The translations under genes and the position numbers were made by a program. DNA of 64,000 nucleotides from an uncultured Gammaproteobacteria bacterium (GTDB lineage Bacteria > Patescibacteriota > Microgenomatia > UBA8517), in contig CAYRUS010000002.1 in assembly GCA_964427735.1 (NCBI GenBank), positions 3,734 to 67,733 of the forward strand. Reading direction: 5' to 3'. Below are positions 10,352 to 19,148 of this stretch, piece by piece (position 1 is the first letter of the stretch; the number at the start of each line of letters is the position of its first letter). The notes under the pieces were generated by a model. That model saw only the letters and a list, made by a program, of their open reading frames with translations. It was not told the origin of the DNA and ran no database searches.

Positions 10352-10606
10352 CTACATAACTTTTAACCCTTTCTCTATTATTTCGTCTATCGGCCAATGC
10401 CATTGATCCAACCTTATATGCTGAACGTGAGATATTTCTTTTTCAATTCCTCTACCTGTTAGTTTGCCTGTCTTTGGATCTACTTCTCTCAGAACTAGTG
10501 TGTCACCGGGATTGCATTCAAAATCATTTAATCTTAATTCATGCGTTTTGACACCTTGGATTATTAACTCAAAAAACTCTTTATTAACTTTTTTTTCTAT
10601 AATCAT
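10352..10606 (-). CDS. DUF3850 / ASCH (PUA-like) domain protein
   Basis: EFFELIIQGVKTHELRLND...GDTLVLRE signature. Confidence 0.8.
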   Translation of the reverse strand: MIIEKKVNKEFFELIIQGVKTHELRLNDFECNPGDTLVLREVDPKTGKLTGRGIEKEISHVQHIRLDQWHWPIDEIIEKGLKVM

Positions 10607-10615
10607 AAATTCTCT

Positions 10616-11119
10616 CTAAAAAACTCTATTTAGCTTATTTAAAGCTTGAGGTGAGACTCTAATGGCTCTTTTTACTCCTTCTTCTTTATAAATCCAGCCT
10701 TTTTCTTCAAGTTTTTTCACTCGCTCATGAGCAGAAGCTGTACTCTTAAGACCAAAATTCTCCATAATCTCTCGATAAGAAGGAGCATTTCTGTTTTCAT
10801 AGATAAAATTAATAATATATTTTAAAGTCTCACGCTGAGTTGAAGTTAGCGACTCTAATTCTCTGAAATCAAAATTGTTAAAACTCTCACCTAGTGCTTC
10901 ATAAGCGAGTTCAGGAAAATCTTCCTCAAATTTAATAAGAACATCCACTAGCCCACTCTCGATGTAGTCTCTTAATTCTTCTGACATCTGTTCTCCTATC
11001 TTTTCAATGTATTGAAGAGCTATTTCCAATACTTCAGTTACTAAGCATTTAGCTATAAGCCGACTTAAAAGCACCGCATCCTCATTCGGTATTTGTCTAA
11101 TTGTTTCTTTTCTACTCAT
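10616..11119 (-). CDS. Transcriptional regulator with C-terminal LexA-type DNA-binding domain, no peptidase domain
   Basis: LTSTQRETLKYI...APSYREIMENFGLKSTASAHERVKKLEEKGWI...RAIRV. Confidence 0.8.
   Translation of the reverse strand: MSRKETIRQIPNEDAVLLSRLIAKCLVTEVLEIALQYIEKIGEQMSEELRDYIESGLVDVLIKFEEDFPELAYEALGESFNNFDFRELESLTSTQRETLKYIINFIYENRNAPSYREIMENFGLKSTASAHERVKKLEEKGWIYKEEGVKRAIRVSPQALNKLNRVF
10626..10673. repeat. 48-bp direct repeat, copy 2 (3' end of the LexA-like gene)
   Basis: CTATTTAGCTTATTTAAAGCTTGAGGTGAGACTCTAATGGCTCTTTTT. Confidence 0.9.
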
Positions 11120-11130
11120 TTTACTTATAC

Positions 11131-12201
11131 CTATAAATTCTCCCTAAAAAACTCTACTGTATTTTGCATTGCCTGATTAAATGTAGGACCAGATATATTG
11201 TGCCCGCCTGAAGGATATTCATTTAACTCATGCTTTATATCCGTATTATCTAAAATCCTCATCAAGTTTCGACTATACTCAATACTCACTACTGCGTCAT
11301 CAACAGCGTGATTAATTTGAACTGCTCCACTAACTCCATCTAGATAGTTTGTAGGTACTACCTGTTTCCAAAACTCACTATTTGGGTCAAAATCTCCGTG
11401 TACAGCCCTCAATCTTTCTCGTTTTCTTTGTACAGGTGAATCATTTCTTGGCGGTCTGTAACTGTTGTCATCAATTCCATACTCCCGCATATCAGAGTAT
11501 GTATAAACAGCTCCTGCCCAAATGACTATAGCCGGGATTTCATTTGCCACGAAACTTCTAAAGATCACATTTCCAGCCATACTGTGTCCCCACAATCCGA
11601 TTTTTTCTGAATTTACAAAACTAGATGAAGCAAGAGCAGACTTTGCATTTAAAGTATCAATAATATAGTCACCTGAATAATAACCTCCTCCAGCTATTCC
11701 TTCTGAATCATCATGTCCCCTAAGATCTATTTTAAAAACAACAAACCCGTTTCTTGCTAAATAGTCCACATAGGAAATATAATTATCAGCTGTTTCATAT
11801 TCTGCAGGCGGAATATATCCATGAACAAAAACTAGCGCAGGCCAACCATTCTCGGGTACATCTCCTTTTGGAATAGTCAGTAACCCATTTACGCTAAGTC
11901 CGTCCGAATCATAACTTGTGAGATAAGATGTGTAATAGGAATTCTCATTAATTTTATTTAGTTCAGCCAATGAACTATTATATTCTCGATTTCTCAAATA
12001 CGGAATTGTAAGATCCTGAAATTCAACAACTTTTGGTTCTTCTAATGACTGATTTTCAAATTGGGGAGTTGCAGTTACAGGGATGCTAACTATATTTTCA
12101 TCTATATCATTATCATCTAATACTACAAAATATCCAATAATTCCTGCAGTAATAAACGTTAAAATCACTGCTGCTGTTGCAAAAGCTCCCTTATTATTCA
12201 T
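11131..12201 (-). CDS. Membrane-anchored alpha/beta hydrolase (S9 peptidase-like)
   Basis: N-terminal TM; VFVHG, GHSMAG nucleophile elbow, DAVV and GGH triad positions. Confidence 0.85.
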   Translation of the reverse strand: MNNKGAFATAAVILTFITAGIIGYFVVLDDNDIDENIVSIPVTATPQFENQSLEEPKVVEFQDLTIPYLRNREYNSSLAELNKINENSYYTSYLTSYDSDGLSVNGLLTIPKGDVPENGWPALVFVHGYIPPAEYETADNYISYVDYLARNGFVVFKIDLRGHDDSEGIAGGGYYSGDYIIDTLNAKSALASSSFVNSEKIGLWGHSMAGNVIFRSFVANEIPAIVIWAGAVYTYSDMREYGIDDNSYRPPRNDSPVQRKRERLRAVHGDFDPNSEFWKQVVPTNYLDGVSGAVQINHAVDDAVVSIEYSRNLMRILDNTDIKHELNEYPSGGHNISGPTFNQAMQNTVEFFRENL

Positions 12202-12203
12202 AT

Positions 12204-13151
12204 TTATGTAAATACTTTATCAATTACTCTAAGAAAAAAAGTGTGTGTTAAATAAATTATATAAGACGAATTGCCGATATATAATACGAATTTGTTAATA
12301 GATTTAGGTATTGATATCTTTATAACCGGGATATAAAAGAAAAATAAAGTTGAAAAACTAGCAAAACTAAGTATAGAAAGACGAGTAAATCTTGTGGCTA
12401 TTATAATATTTTGACCTGATTTCCATAGTAAAAAGGCATCACTAATAGCCCATAAAGAACTCAAAACAGTCAAGGTCAAAAGAAGAGATACTCTTCTTTC
12501 GTTAATTTTATGCTTTGCCAATACCATGCCCAAAACAAAATAAAATACCCAGAAAAAACTCCATACATATTGCTGCTGATCGGTCCACCAAGTACTTCCT
12601 GCATTCGTATTCAATATTAATTGTTCGGTGGCATATATAGCTAAAGACTGTATTACAAAAGAGGCTACTAATATTGATACAGGATGAGACTTTGTGTATT
12701 TTAAAAGCATAGGGAAAACTAAATATAACTGAAATATCATTGGTACAAAGTAAAGATGATAGTCAACGATTCCAAACAACATTCTCCACATACTCAAGTC
12801 AGAATTCCAACTCCGCAATTCTGGAATAACAAAACCCAATAGCAATAAAAAGACAGCCCAGGCAAAAAATATTGGTAAAAGCTTCTTTGCTCTATCCAAA
12901 ATAAATTTAGGTAAATTTGGGTTTGTATCTTTGTATTTAAAAGTTAAGGCATAACCCGACAAAGCCACAAACAAAGGTACACAAAACCTAAGAAGTTGGT
13001 TTAGACAAAACCATAAAAAGTCCCAAATTGTATTCGAAGAAAAACTGTGCCAATCGGTTGTAAAGTGTATTAAAAACACAGCGGCTATAGCTACACCTTT
13101 TAATTTACTGACAGCCTGTTTTGAAATATCCATTGCAAAGAAAATACACAA
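12204..13151 (-). CDS. Acyltransferase family 3 membrane protein
   Basis: LKGVAIAAVFLIH, RFCVPLFVALSGY, YHLYF, SYIIYLTH; multiple TMs; true start probably Met7. Confidence 0.85.
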   Translation of the reverse strand: MCIFFAMDISKQAVSKLKGVAIAAVFLIHFTTDWHSFSSNTIWDFLWFCLNQLLRFCVPLFVALSGYALTFKYKDTNPNLPKFILDRAKKLLPIFFAWAVFLLLLGFVIPELRSWNSDLSMWRMLFGIVDYHLYFVPMIFQLYLVFPMLLKYTKSHPVSILVASFVIQSLAIYATEQLILNTNAGSTWWTDQQQYVWSFFWVFYFVLGMVLAKHKINERRVSLLLTLTVLSSLWAISDAFLLWKSGQNIIIATRFTRLSILSFASFSTLFFFYIPVIKISIPKSINKFVLYIGNSSYIIYLTHTFFLRVIDKVFT

Positions 13152-13219
13152 ACAATACAGATTTTATTAGTAGTTAATTATTATCTTTTATTGTTTATTA
13201 ATAATAGAAGTTTTTTATT

Positions 13220-13522
13220 TTACAGATCCCAAAGAGATTTGGAAAGATCTACTTTTTTTGTTTCAGCAAATGTTACACCTTCATCAAGTAACCTTAATCT
13301 TTGTTCTTTCCATCCATTAAAAGCAAAATTCTCTGCAAGTTTCCCTTCTTTGTTTACAACTCTATGACATGGAACATTTGGGTCTTTGTTTGAATGTAAT
13401 GCCCAACCCACTTTTCTAGCATCTTTTGTGCTAAGCAGTTTAGCGATTTGACCATATGTAGCAACCTTCCCTTCGGGAATCTTTTTAACGACCTCATAAA
13501 CCTGACTAAAAAAGTTATCCAC
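13220..13522 (-). CDS. Methylated-DNA-protein-cysteine methyltransferase (MGMT family, short form)
   Basis: IPEGKVATYGQIA and active-site PCHRVV; GTG start. Confidence 0.9.
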   Translation of the reverse strand: MDNFFSQVYEVVKKIPEGKVATYGQIAKLLSTKDARKVGWALHSNKDPNVPCHRVVNKEGKLAENFAFNGWKEQRLRLLDEGVTFAETKKVDLSKSLWDL

Positions 13523-13602
13523 ATTATTATTTTACAAGATTTTCAAGTAAATATAAGGCTTGCATTTAATAATTATAAAGTTAATAATAGTCATGGCTTT
13601 CC

Positions 13603-14718
13603 ATGAGTTACTCAAAAAAAATTCTCTTTTATGATGGACATGAAGCTCTCGCCTATTCAGATGTTTATCTTTATCCGACTTATTCAGATATAAAATCACG
13701 CTATGGTGACCAATTAACAACTTCTAGCAAAATCACCAAAAAACTGATTTTGAATATTCCACTAATTTCGGCTGGAATGGACACTGTAACAGAAGACAAA
13801 ATGGCTATTAAAATCGCATTGCTAGGAGGAATTGGTGAAATTCATAGGAATAATAACCCAAACAGACAAGCAGAGTTAGTAGCAAAAGTAAAAAAACATA
13901 AAATTGAGAATAAAAATTTAGCAGCTGTTGATTCTAAAGGTAGGCTACTCTCGGGTGCCGCCATTGGGGTACAAGAGATAGATGTGGAACGAGCTTATAA
14001 ATTGATTGAGGCAGAAGTAGATGTTATGTTTATAGATATTGCTCACGGACATTCAATTCATACAGAAAAAATGATAAATAAATTAAAAAAAGAAAATATT
14101 GCTGTACCAATTATCGTTGGGAACATTGCTACAAAAGAAGCTGCCAAATTTGCCTACGAAATAGGTGCAGATGGTGTTAAAGTTGGAATTGGTCCTGGAT
14201 ATGTTTGTAAAACTAGAAATGTTGCTGGTGTAGGAATTCCTCAGGTTACAGCAATCATGGAAGTTAAGAATGAGTTATCAAAGAAAAAGAATACTCTTCC
14301 GATCATTGCCGACGGAGGAATTAGAGAACCCGGAGATGTAGCTAAAGCAATTGCAAGTGGTGCAGATACAGTTATGATTGGGAGCTTGCTTGCAGGCACA
14401 GAAGAAAGTCCGGGAAAATTAATTACAGAAAATGGAGTTAAGAAAAAGATGGTCAGAGGAATGGCTTCATCCAGTGCATTAAAAGATCGAAAGAAACTTG
14501 GTGACTCTACTACAAACCAAAAGCTATACTCACCTGAAGGAAGAGAAACCTATGTGGATTACAAAGGGTCTGTAGAAGCTATCATAAATGAGTATACAAG
14601 CGGACTAAGGTCTGCAATGAGCTATACAGGTTCTCATTCAATCAAAGAACTGCAAGAAGCAAGACTAATAAGAGTTAGCAGCAACGGAGCAAAAGAACAA
14701 GTAAGATCCCTCAGTTAA
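13603..14718 (+). CDS. IMP dehydrogenase / GMP reductase family protein lacking CBS domains
   Basis: [40 protein letters not shown]. Confidence 0.88.
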   Translation: MSYSKKILFYDGHEALAYSDVYLYPTYSDIKSRYGDQLTTSSKITKKLILNIPLISAGMDTVTEDKMAIKIALLGGIGEIHRNNNPNRQAELVAKVKKHKIENKNLAAVDSKGRLLSGAAIGVQEIDVERAYKLIEAEVDVMFIDIAHGHSIHTEKMINKLKKENIAVPIIVGNIATKEAAKFAYEIGADGVKVGIGPGYVCKTRNVAGVGIPQVTAIMEVKNELSKKKNTLPIIADGGIREPGDVAKAIASGADTVMIGSLLAGTEESPGKLITENGVKKKMVRGMASSSALKDRKKLGDSTTNQKLYSPEGRETYVDYKGSVEAIINEYTSGLRSAMSYTGSHSIKELQEARLIRVSSNGAKEQVRSLS

Positions 14719-14750
14719 ATTTATAAATTTCCCGATGTTTCTATGACTAT

Positions 14751-14802
14751 TATTTAAGCAATATTAGGCAACTATTGGCAAGTATTGGTAAGATATGGTA
14801 AG
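14751..14802 (+). repeat. Degenerate 10-bp tandem repeats upstream of the Fic gene
   Basis: TATTTAAGCA ATATTAGGCA ACTATTGGCA AGTATTGGTA AGATATGGTA AG. Confidence 0.6.
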
Positions 14803-14810
14803 CTCATTTC

Positions 14811-15788
14811 ATGCTTATACCCCCTCGATATACTCTAAACGAAAAAATTGTCGAGCTTCTACAATCAATCGAAGCAAGTAAGGAAGTAATTGACTCTCAT
14901 ACAATTCCGCCAAAAGTCGAACAAAACATTAGAAGACAATCAATCCTCAAAAGCTCCCTGTATTCTGCACGCATAGAAGGTAATGAATTGACTCTAGAAG
15001 AGCTATCTTCAATTCCTTCCGACAACCAACAAAAAGTTGAAATATTCAATATTCTCAAGGCAACCAACTGGATAATCAAAAGAAGAAAAAAGGATTTAAG
15101 CTTAAATGATATTTTGGAGCTACACAAAGCATCAATGGAAGGTCTAAGCCCAGATGCAGGCAATATCAGAAAAGACGTTAACGCAATATTCAATAGTGCA
15201 GGAATTGCAATTTATATGCCTCCTCCACCTCATAGGGTAAAACCTTTATTAAATAAACTAGTAGCCTATGCTAATGGCAAAGAAAAATTTATACCTATTA
15301 GAGCTACTTTATCTCATTATGTATTTGAGAAAATTCATCCTTTTATGGATGGTAACGGACGAGTCGGCAGACTTCTTATCCAGAAAATAATGCATCAAGG
15401 CGGATACGGAATGAAAGGGTTACTTCCGCTGGAAGAATTCTTAGACAACAATCGTGCAAACTACTATAGAAGTCTAGAAGAACCGGAAAAAGACGTAACC
15501 GATTACCTTATTTTTATATTGGAAGCAATTGCAGAAACTGCAGAAAAAGCAAAAGAAATGGTACTCATAAAACAAGAAGCAGAAGTTGAAGATTATCTCC
15601 TCCCCCGCCGAGCAGAGATTTACAATATTATAAAAGAGCAAAAAATGGTTAATTTCGATCAAATCAAAAGACGTTTTAGAAAAGTAAATGAGCGTACTCT
15701 GAGATATGATTTAAAGAGACTTCAAGATGAAGACTTAATCATTAAATTAGGTGTCACAAAAGGTGTTTACTACAAACCAAAAGAATAG
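14811..15788 (+). CDS. Fic family protein (class II) with C-terminal winged HTH
   Basis: HPFMDGNGRVGR; inhibitory SARIEGN; ERTLRYDLKRL DeoR-like HTH. Confidence 0.92.
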   Translation: MLIPPRYTLNEKIVELLQSIEASKEVIDSHTIPPKVEQNIRRQSILKSSLYSARIEGNELTLEELSSIPSDNQQKVEIFNILKATNWIIKRRKKDLSLNDILELHKASMEGLSPDAGNIRKDVNAIFNSAGIAIYMPPPPHRVKPLLNKLVAYANGKEKFIPIRATLSHYVFEKIHPFMDGNGRVGRLLIQKIMHQGGYGMKGLLPLEEFLDNNRANYYRSLEEPEKDVTDYLIFILEAIAETAEKAKEMVLIKQEAEVEDYLLPRRAEIYNIIKEQKMVNFDQIKRRFRKVNERTLRYDLKRLQDEDLIIKLGVTKGVYYKPKE

Positions 15789-15801
15789 TGTTTTAATCCA
15801 C

Positions 15802-16851
15802 TTAATTAATGACACTCAACAGTTTTGATAATTCTGCCTCAGCCATTCCAATTACAGTATCAGCAGCACCGTAGTAAATTCTTATTTTATCTTCAACCAA
15901 AACCGCCCCACAGGAAAAAACAACTTTAGGCATTTTCTTGTTTATATATTCAGTCTCTACAAATTTTTCTAGTTCCTTTTTACTCATTTTCTCCATTCCC
16001 ACAAACCCTCCAGGCAAAATATCCACAATTCCTTTTGTTTCATATTCCTCTTCTGGCTCAAACACCGGATCTGTTGATCGATATAAAATTTTTCGAGGAT
16101 TATTAAAATCAAGAATTAAATAACCTAAAGCATAATCTCCACTTCCAAATTTTTTGCCATGATAAAAATAAAGCCATCCTTTTGATGGTTTTATAGGAGG
16201 AGGACCTCCTTGAACAGACAAGCTATCAAAATTGTTTCCTTTTGATGGGGTTAAAAATTCGTCATAGTCAACATACCAATCTATACCATTTTCTGATTCC
16301 GCCAGCCAAAGATTCGAATTACCGAAAATCATCCTGTATTTTCCATTAATAATTTCTGGAAATACTCCCCCTGCTTTGGATCTTTCGGCTCTAGATGATT
16401 CCTCCTTTTCTCTTTGTCCCTTAACAATTTTAAATACTCCTGCTTTGTATGCGTTCCAGTTTTTTAATATTAATCCGTGTCTTTGCCAATCTATTAAGTC
16501 CTTGGTTGTAGCCAAAGATAAAGCTCTCCTTTCACCATTGTCAGATGAGTAAGTCATATAATACTTTCCCTTAACCTTGCTAACTCTGGGATCCATTGGC
16601 CCTTTGATTTCATCATTCCAACCGGATTCCAATAACGGACTGTTTGCAATATTAAAATTAGTTCCATTATCAGATATTGCATATCCAATTCTGTTAACCC
16701 AGTCATCACCTACAGCATTAAACCACATATGATATTTATTATTTTCATAAATTACTGCAGGGTTATAAACTTTTAAACTCATCCATATCACATTTTGATC
16801 AGGAATTAGAATAGGATTAAATGGACTTCTAGTAAACATTCTATTTATCAC
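15802..16851 (-). CDS. GH130-family glycosidase/phosphorylase
   Basis: RSPFNPIL, YNPAV, DPR, VVFSCG, YYGAADT; true start may be 16839. Confidence 0.85.
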   Translation of the reverse strand: MINRMFTRSPFNPILIPDQNVIWMSLKVYNPAVIYENNKYHMWFNAVGDDWVNRIGYAISDNGTNFNIANSPLLESGWNDEIKGPMDPRVSKVKGKYYMTYSSDNGERRALSLATTKDLIDWQRHGLILKNWNAYKAGVFKIVKGQREKEESSRAERSKAGGVFPEIINGKYRMIFGNSNLWLAESENGIDWYVDYDEFLTPSKGNNFDSLSVQGGPPPIKPSKGWLYFYHGKKFGSGDYALGYLILDFNNPRKILYRSTDPVFEPEEEYETKGIVDILPGGFVGMEKMSKKELEKFVETEYINKKMPKVVFSCGAVLVEDKIRIYYGAADTVIGMAEAELSKLLSVIN

Positions 16852-17230
16852 TCATAAATTGAAGGATATTTCCTTCAGGGTCCTCAAAGGTATAACAGTA
16901 TCTTGGATTTTCACTTCCCTTAGTTGGCGGGGTTTCAAATGGTTCGGCAATAACTTTTACTTTGTCTTTGGTTTTTTCAAACCAAGAAAGGACATCTTCT
17001 ACGTAAAGTTGAACAATAAACCTATGAGGATCTTTATTTTTCCCATTAACTTCACTGTGTTTACCAATCCAAAGCTTCATCTGCTCTCCAACTTTAAACC
17101 CGTATCCATAATCATCAGGCAATGTAAGTTTTGCAATCGGTTCCAACTCTAAAACTTCCCTGTAAAATTCCTGAAGTTTATCTGGATTCTCCGACCAGAT
17201 TAAGAGCTGATATCCTTTTATATTATTCAT
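16841..17230 (-). CDS. VOC/glyoxalase family protein
   Basis: FYREVLEL and FEDPEGNILQF. Confidence 0.85.
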   Translation of the reverse strand: MNNIKGYQLLIWSENPDKLQEFYREVLELEPIAKLTLPDDYGYGFKVGEQMKLWIGKHSEVNGKNKDPHRFIVQLYVEDVLSWFEKTKDKVKVIAEPFETPPTKGSENPRYCYTFEDPEGNILQFMSDK

Positions 17231-19148
17231 AATCTGTATTACTTTTGCTTAATTCATTTAATAGTTTACTCAAAGAAACAGTTGCCACCCCAACATTTTT
17301 ATCTCCACCTCCATAATACACAAATATATCTCCATCAATTATAACTTGACCGCATGAAAATATTGTGTCGTGTCTTATTCCTTGCATTTCATAATCCATC
17401 TCTGGTTCTATTAGTGGATAATCTAATCTTGAAATAACTTTTTCCAACTTTTTGTCAAACATCATTGCACCTAATCTATATTTATCGTCATGCAAAGAAA
17501 GCCCATGATAAATAAGAAGCCATCCGTCTTTAATTTTCATTGGAGGTCCTGCGATTCCAATCTTTCTACTGTCCCACATTTCCTTTCTTGGATAAACAAA
17601 TATCGTTCCACCAACATAATCATTCTCGAAATTCAAATCATCCTTTCTGTCTACCCAAATACAACCGCCTAATCTATGTAAAAACACATATTTACCATCT
17701 ATTTTTTCGTCCAGCAAACAAGCATTTTTATTATTTCTAGTCGGATCTGAAATTACTTTTGGTTTATCCCAATTCCAGTTCCTTGCTAAAAAATCTTCCT
17801 TAGTAATTGAAGTAAGTGCAATTTTTGTCGTACCAACACCAGAATATGCTGTATAGCAAATATAAATTCTATCACCTATTATTGTAGCCCTAGGGTCTTC
17901 ACAACCGGAAAAAGCATTTTCTTTATCTTTTGTCTCAAAATCCTCTCTAGGAACATATATGGGCTCATTTAACCTTTCCTCAATCTTAAATCCATCGCGA
18001 CTAATTGCTAAGCCTATTGTAGATGTATTATCTTTTGATTGGGCTCTGTAGAGTATGTAAACTTCATTGTCCAGTTTGAGAGCAGTAGGATTATATGTGG
18101 CTTCATTTTCAAACTCATTATCTGTTATTTTAATGATTGGGTTTTCTGAATATCTTTTTAAACTTATTTTTTTAGTGTTCTTCTTTGGTTTCTTTGATTT
18201 AATTTGTTTAAGTAGTTTGTTTACAGACTCCGAAGCACGGGCAATTACTGTATCAGCCGCACCGTAATATAAGTGTGCTTCACCATTCTCTAAAATTAAA
18301 CTTGTAGGAAAAACTACGTTTGGAACAAGTCCAAAACGTTCATATTCTTCTACCGGCACTAAAATGGGGTCAGCTGTCCTTGCTTTAATTTTTAAAGGAT
18401 CTTTGTCCTCTAACAAAACTGCTTCAACACCAAAAAGCGGAGGCGGTGTAAAATAATTTTGTATATGGCTATACACTAAGAGCCATCCATCATTAGTTTT
18501 AACGGGTACAGCACCTACCTCAACATGATCATTTCCATACTTTTCTAAATTCAAAGAGTATTTATCTTTGTCTTTGTACCATTCTTGCCAATATTTATTG
18601 TCCCAAAAATCCTCAATATTATCAGCTTGAGCTATGGCAATGGAAGATGGTGGTCTGTCTGTATCAACCGAAAGTAGAATAGTAACTTTTCCATTTATTC
18701 TTTCCGGGAAAAGACACATGGCTTTTGCATTAAACGGTGTCACCAGATGCTTTTCTTCTATTTTTTCAAAATCATCTGTTATCGCTACTGCTGTCTTAAT
18801 TCCATCAGCGTTATGTGGATAGTTGGATAGCGCAGTATAAAAAATGTATGTTCTGTCTTCAAATACTGTCGCACGGGGGTCCTCACACCCAAATTGCTCC
18901 CAATAATACATTGGTGTAATAAACTGTTTTCTGTCGGTAAAATTTAAACCATCCTTACTCTTTGCTAGCCCTATGGTAGAAAGCAGCATTTCCTGTTCTT
19001 TATAAACAACTTTAGAAGATATTGCTCTATAGAACATATAGTAAGTGCTTCCCTTTTTTAATATTGAAGGATTGAGGACTGCCTCAGCTTCCCATTTGTT
19101 GTCCTCATTGGGTGTAAATATTGGATTATTATCATAACGAGTTAGCAT
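17223..19148 (-). CDS. Tandem double-domain GH130 protein
   Basis: Two copies of NP..., GCEDPR and YYG(A/G)xD. Confidence 0.88.
   Translation of the reverse strand: MLTRYDNNPIFTPNEDNKWEAEAVLNPSILKKGSTYYMFYRAISSKVVYKEQEMLLSTIGLAKSKDGLNFTDRKQFITPMYYWEQFGCEDPRATVFEDRTYIFYTALSNYPHNADGIKTAVAITDDFEKIEEKHLVTPFNAKAMCLFPERINGKVTILLSVDTDRPPSSIAIAQADNIEDFWDNKYWQEWYKDKDKYSLNLEKYGNDHVEVGAVPVKTNDGWLLVYSHIQNYFTPPPLFGVEAVLLEDKDPLKIKARTADPILVPVEEYERFGLVPNVVFPTSLILENGEAHLYYGAADTVIARASESVNKLLKQIKSKKPKKNTKKISLKRYSENPIIKITDNEFENEATYNPTALKLDNEVYILYRAQSKDNTSTIGLAISRDGFKIEERLNEPIYVPREDFETKDKENAFSGCEDPRATIIGDRIYICYTAYSGVGTTKIALTSITKEDFLARNWNWDKPKVISDPTRNNKNACLLDEKIDGKYVFLHRLGGCIWVDRKDDLNFENDYVGGTIFVYPRKEMWDSRKIGIAGPPMKIKDGWLLIYHGLSLHDDKYRLGAMMFDKKLEKVISRLDYPLIEPEMDYEMQGIRHDTIFSCGQVIIDGDIFVYYGGGDKNVGVATVSLSKLLNELSKSNTDYE

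Noticed and set aside
13220-13522. Alkyltransferase-like (ATL) protein
   Set aside because: Retains the catalytic Cys (PCHRV), not PWHRV
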